Assembly: GCA_963742865.1 (NCBI GenBank)
Contig: CAVUNW010000044.1
Span: forward strand, 22,436-86,435
Reading direction: 5' to 3'
Length of the DNA stretch: 64,000 nucleotides
Source of the DNA: an uncultured Actinomycetes bacterium
GTDB taxonomy: Bacteria; Actinomycetota; Actinomycetes; Streptosporangiales; Streptosporangiaceae
Position numbers and translations under genes: made by a program
Shown here: positions 61,209-64,000 of the stretch, one piece after another
Position numbering within the stretch: position 1 is the stretch's first letter
Layout: each line of letters opens with the position of its first letter
The notes under the pieces: generated by a model
Databases searched by the model: none
Told to the model about the DNA's origin: nothing
What the model saw: only the letters and a program-made list of their open reading frames with translations

Positions 61209-62262
61209 TCAGCGCGCGGCGGGGGCGGGGCCGCTGGAGCCCCGTACTTCCAGGCGCGGTGGCAGCAGCCGGGTCTGGCCGGGCGCTTCCGGGCGCTCGA
61301 TCCGGGCCAGCAGCAGGCGGGCGGCCTGCTGCCCCATCGCGTAGGCGGTGCCGTCGACGCTGGTGAGCCAGAGCGCCCGCAGCCGGGCGAAGACGGAGTT
61401 GTCGAAGCCGACGAGCGACAGTTCCTCCGGCACCCGGACGCCGAGGGCCGTGGCCGCGGACAGGGCTCCGACGCAGGTCAGGTCGTTCGCGGCAAAGATG
61501 GCGGTCGGGCGGTCGGGGCGGCTCAGCAGCCGGACGGTGGCGCGGTAACCGCCCTCCTCGCTCATGTCGCCGGCCTCGATGAGCACACCGTCGCCGAGAC
61601 CGGCCGCGCGCATCGTGTCCTGGTAACCCTGCATCCGCAGCCGCCCGGCCAGGCTGGGCAGGCCGGAGATGTGCGCGATCCGGGTATGGCCGAGCTCGAT
61701 CAGGTGCCGGACGGCGAGCGCCCCGCCGAGGTTGTTGTCGTTGGCGAGAACGTCCACGTTCGGCAGATCGAGATCCAGGCCGCGACCGCCCACGGCCACG
61801 GTGGGGATCGTGCTGGCGATGTCGATGATGGCCTGCGAGACGGGGATTGATCCGGCCAGCACCAGGCCGTCCACGCCGAGATCGAGAGAAGGACCAGGTC
61901 AGGGTCTCGTCCATCATCCGGTCGATCCGGCCGTCACCGAGCATGATGTGCTTTCCGCCCGCATGCAGGGCCGGCGTCAGGCCGTCGAGCATGTCCGCGA
62001 ACCAGGGCTGGCGCAGATCGTTCAGCAGTACCCCCACCGTGTTCGACCGGCGCTCGGCCAGCCGCCGGGCCGCCGCGTTGGGCCGGTACCCCAGCTCGGC
62101 GATGGCGCGCATGACCGCATCGCGGCTGGCCGCGCTCACCTTGGGCGAGTCGTGCAGGACCAGCGAGACCAGCGACTTCGACACCCCGGCGTGGGCGGCG
62201 ACCGTCTCCAGCGTCGGCCTCGGACTGGGCCGGCCGATCCGCCCGGTACCCGCGGATGTCAC
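61209..62262 (-). pseudogene. LacI-family transcriptional regulator, one frame break near 61885
   Basis: The HTH TLETVAAHAGVSKSLVSLVLHDSPKVSAASRDAVMRAIAELGYRPNAAARRL is in ORF 61189-62331. The sugar-binding domain (IFAANDLTCVGAL..VGFDN) is in ORF 61209-61874. GTG 62262 is the proposed start. Confidence 0.8.
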
Positions 62263-62305
62263 GTCGCCCTCCGTGCTTCGCCGGGCCGTCCCCGGGAGCG
62301 GGGAT

Positions 62306-62343
62306 GGACTCCTACTGTTGGAGCGATCCAACAGTAGGAGTCC
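62306..62343. promoter_or_regulatory. 38-bp palindrome (17-bp arms, 4-nt centre) containing a second LacI operator TGTTGGAGCGATCCAACA
   Basis: GGACTCCTACTGTTGGA-gcga-TCCAACAGTAGGAGTCC, between the pfkB stop and the lacI start. It could also act as a terminator hairpin. Confidence 0.6.
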
Positions 62344-62391
62344 CGGAGCGCCGCGTCAACGCGCCCCGCCGTGATCTCGTCGCTGTGGCCT

Positions 62392-63322
62392 CTAGCTCAG
62401 CGTTTCGGCTGGCCTGCTCTGCACGTGGATTGCCGCGCGGACGGCGCCGTCGATGAGCGGCACGTGGCTGCCCGGAATCCCGACCGCGGCGCTGGCCCAC
62501 AGCACGGCTTCGCGCAGCGCGTCCTCGCCCGCTCCGCCCCCGGCGAGGAAACCCGCCAGCAGGGCGTCTCCCGCGCCGACGGTGCTGCGCACGCGCGGCG
62601 CCTCCGCCGAGGCGTGCCAGGTGCCGTCCGGGCTCACCAGCAGGGCGCCGTCCGGGCCCATGCTGACCAGGACGGACCCGGCGCCCCGGGCCAGCAGGAG
62701 CCGCGCCCCGGCGATGGCGTCGCCCGGGCTCATGATGGGCGTTCCCGTCACCTCGGCCAGCTCGTCCACGTTGGGCTTGATGACATCGGGACCCGCGGCC
62801 AGCGCCGGCCCGGAGGGCGTCACCGCTCGTGTCGAGCGCGAACCGCAGCCCCGCCTCGTGCGCCCGCTGCCCGGCACGGGCGTAGTAGTCCGGCGGTGCC
62901 CCCGGCGGGAGGCTCCCGGAGCAGACGATCCAGTCGCCGGGTCCCGCCGCGGTCAGGGCCTCCGCAGTCAGCCGCTCCAGCTCGCCCTGGTCCAGGGGAG
63001 CCCCGGCCTCGTTGATTTTGGTGGCGCGGCCGCCGGGCTCAGCCAGGGAGATGTTGACCCGGACCGAGCCGGCGATCGGGACGGCGCGGTAGGCGACCTG
63101 CTCCGCCGCCAGCAGCGCGATCAGCGTGTCACCCTCGGGACCGCCGCAGGGCAGGACGGCCAGCGACGGCACGCCGTTGACGGTTAGCGCGCGCGTCACG
63201 TTGACCCCCTTGCCGCTGGGTTCCTGGTGCACCCGGGCGGCGCGGTTGATCTCGCCTGCGGCCAGGGCCGGGATCTCGTACGTCCGGTCCACGCTGGGGT
63301 TCGGGGTCACGGTGACGATCAC
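62392..63322 (-). pseudogene. 1-phosphofructokinase-family hexose kinase (PfkB/FruK-like), one frame break near 62840
   Basis: The N-terminus MIVTVTPNPSVDRTYEI..GKGVNV is in ORF 62312-63322. The C-terminus KPNVDELAEV..GAGDALLAGF is in ORF 62392-62877. Confidence 0.8.
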
Positions 63323-63332
63323 GGCCGCATCC

Positions 63333-64000
63333 TCACTGGTACTCCGGCGCCGGCAGGCTGGCGAAATCGGGGTACACGCCCGCGGCCACCCCGGCCGTCA
63401 GCGCCGCCCCGCGGGCGCCGGCCTCCTCGACCAGCGGGCGCCACACCCGCCCGAAGAACTGCTCCTTGACGTCCGCGAACGCGGCGCTGCGCAGCCATCC
63501 GCCAACCGCGATCAGCTTCCGGTGCTCCCCGGCCACCGCCGTCATCGCGTCGTGCAGCGCCATCGCCTCCTGCTGGCCCTTGGTCACCACCGCCCGCCAC
63601 GGCACGGTATCCAGCGCGGGCACGTCCGCCCGGTCCAGGCCGGCCTGGTCGAGGAAGCGCTGCATGGCCAGACCGCCCTCGGTCGCGCCCAGCAGGCACC
63701 AGTGCCCGGGAACGGCATGCCAGCCAACAGTGATCCCGGCCCGGGTCAGCTCCAGCATCGGCCCGGCGCCCAGGCCGGCCGGGATCGTGCGCACCAGGGC
63801 TTCCGCGGTCCCGCACGAGTCAAGCTCGTCACCCGCGCCGGTGGCCCCGGCGCCGATCGCCGCCGCCTGGTGGTCGTGGCCGGCCACGGTCAGGACCGCG
63901 CCCTCCGCAGCCGGGACCGCGTCCGCCGATAGCGTGCCCGGGGACACTGTGCCCGCCGATACTGTGCCCAGCGCTGTTCCGGCCGCCACCACCGGCGGGA
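63333..64000 (-). CDS. FGGY-family carbohydrate kinase, C-terminal part (the gene continues beyond the right edge)
   Basis: VAGHDHQAAAIGAG, SCGTAEAL and C-terminal GGWLRSAAF..EAGARGAALTAGVAAGVY. Confidence 0.7.
   Translation of the reverse strand, partial: PPVVAAGTALGTVSAGTVSPGTLSADAVPAAEGAVLTVAGHDHQAAAIGAGATGAGDELDSCGTAEALVRTIPAGLGAGPMLELTRAGITVGWHAVPGHWCLLGATEGGLAMQRFLDQAGLDRADVPALDTVPWRAVVTKGQQEAMALHDAMTAVAGEHRKLIAVGGWLRSAAFADVKEQFFGRVWRPLVEEAGARGAALTAGVAAGVYPDFASLPAPEYQ

Overview
64-kb high-GC (about 70% or more by eye) Actinomycetota chromosomal segment, mostly core genes. Gene order resembles M. tuberculosis Rv2135c-Rv2109c and Rv2238c-Rv2247, judged from memory. Left to right: tail of an IS4-like transposase; a conserved triad of unknown function (histidine phosphatase, DUF3090, SCO1664-family kinase-like protein); PAC2 protein; metH; HAD hydrolase; a five-gene Opp/Dpp-type peptide ABC transporter; PH-domain and membrane proteins; RecB-like nuclease; site-2 protease; trmI; the Pup-proteasome locus arc-dop-pup-prcB-prcA. 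That locus meets head-on a FAS-II operon (fabD, a lysine-free biotinyl-domain-like ORF, fabH, acpP, fabF, accD6-like carboxyltransferase) with a PucR/FasR-type regulator. Then yjbQ; aceE; DUF3052; AhpE-like peroxiredoxin; an acyl-CoA synthetase; and a hypoxia (DosR-regulon-like) island (CBS-BON protein, Rv1733c-like membrane protein, group 3b NiFe-hydrogenase operon with a cNMP-binding ORF and maturation protease, USP). The right end holds a MaoC dehydratase; decayed HNH/DUF222 and SRPBCC fragments; glutathione peroxidase; GNAT; three LLM flavin monooxygenases; a MocD/MocE-like desaturase plus Rieske ferredoxin with a truncated reductase; a LacI regulator with two palindromic operators; and PfkB and FGGY sugar kinases. 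No rRNA, tRNA or CRISPR array was recognised. Three non-genic signals stand out: about 25 reading-frame breaks clustered in particular genes; at least eight short tandem-repeat arrays (14-34 bp units) in intergenic or 3'-end positions; and an AT-flanked 13-mer, CTTAACGGACGTG, present three times plus one inverted copy. All protein calls rest on motif recognition in the supplied translations and manual reading of the DNA. No database search was run.
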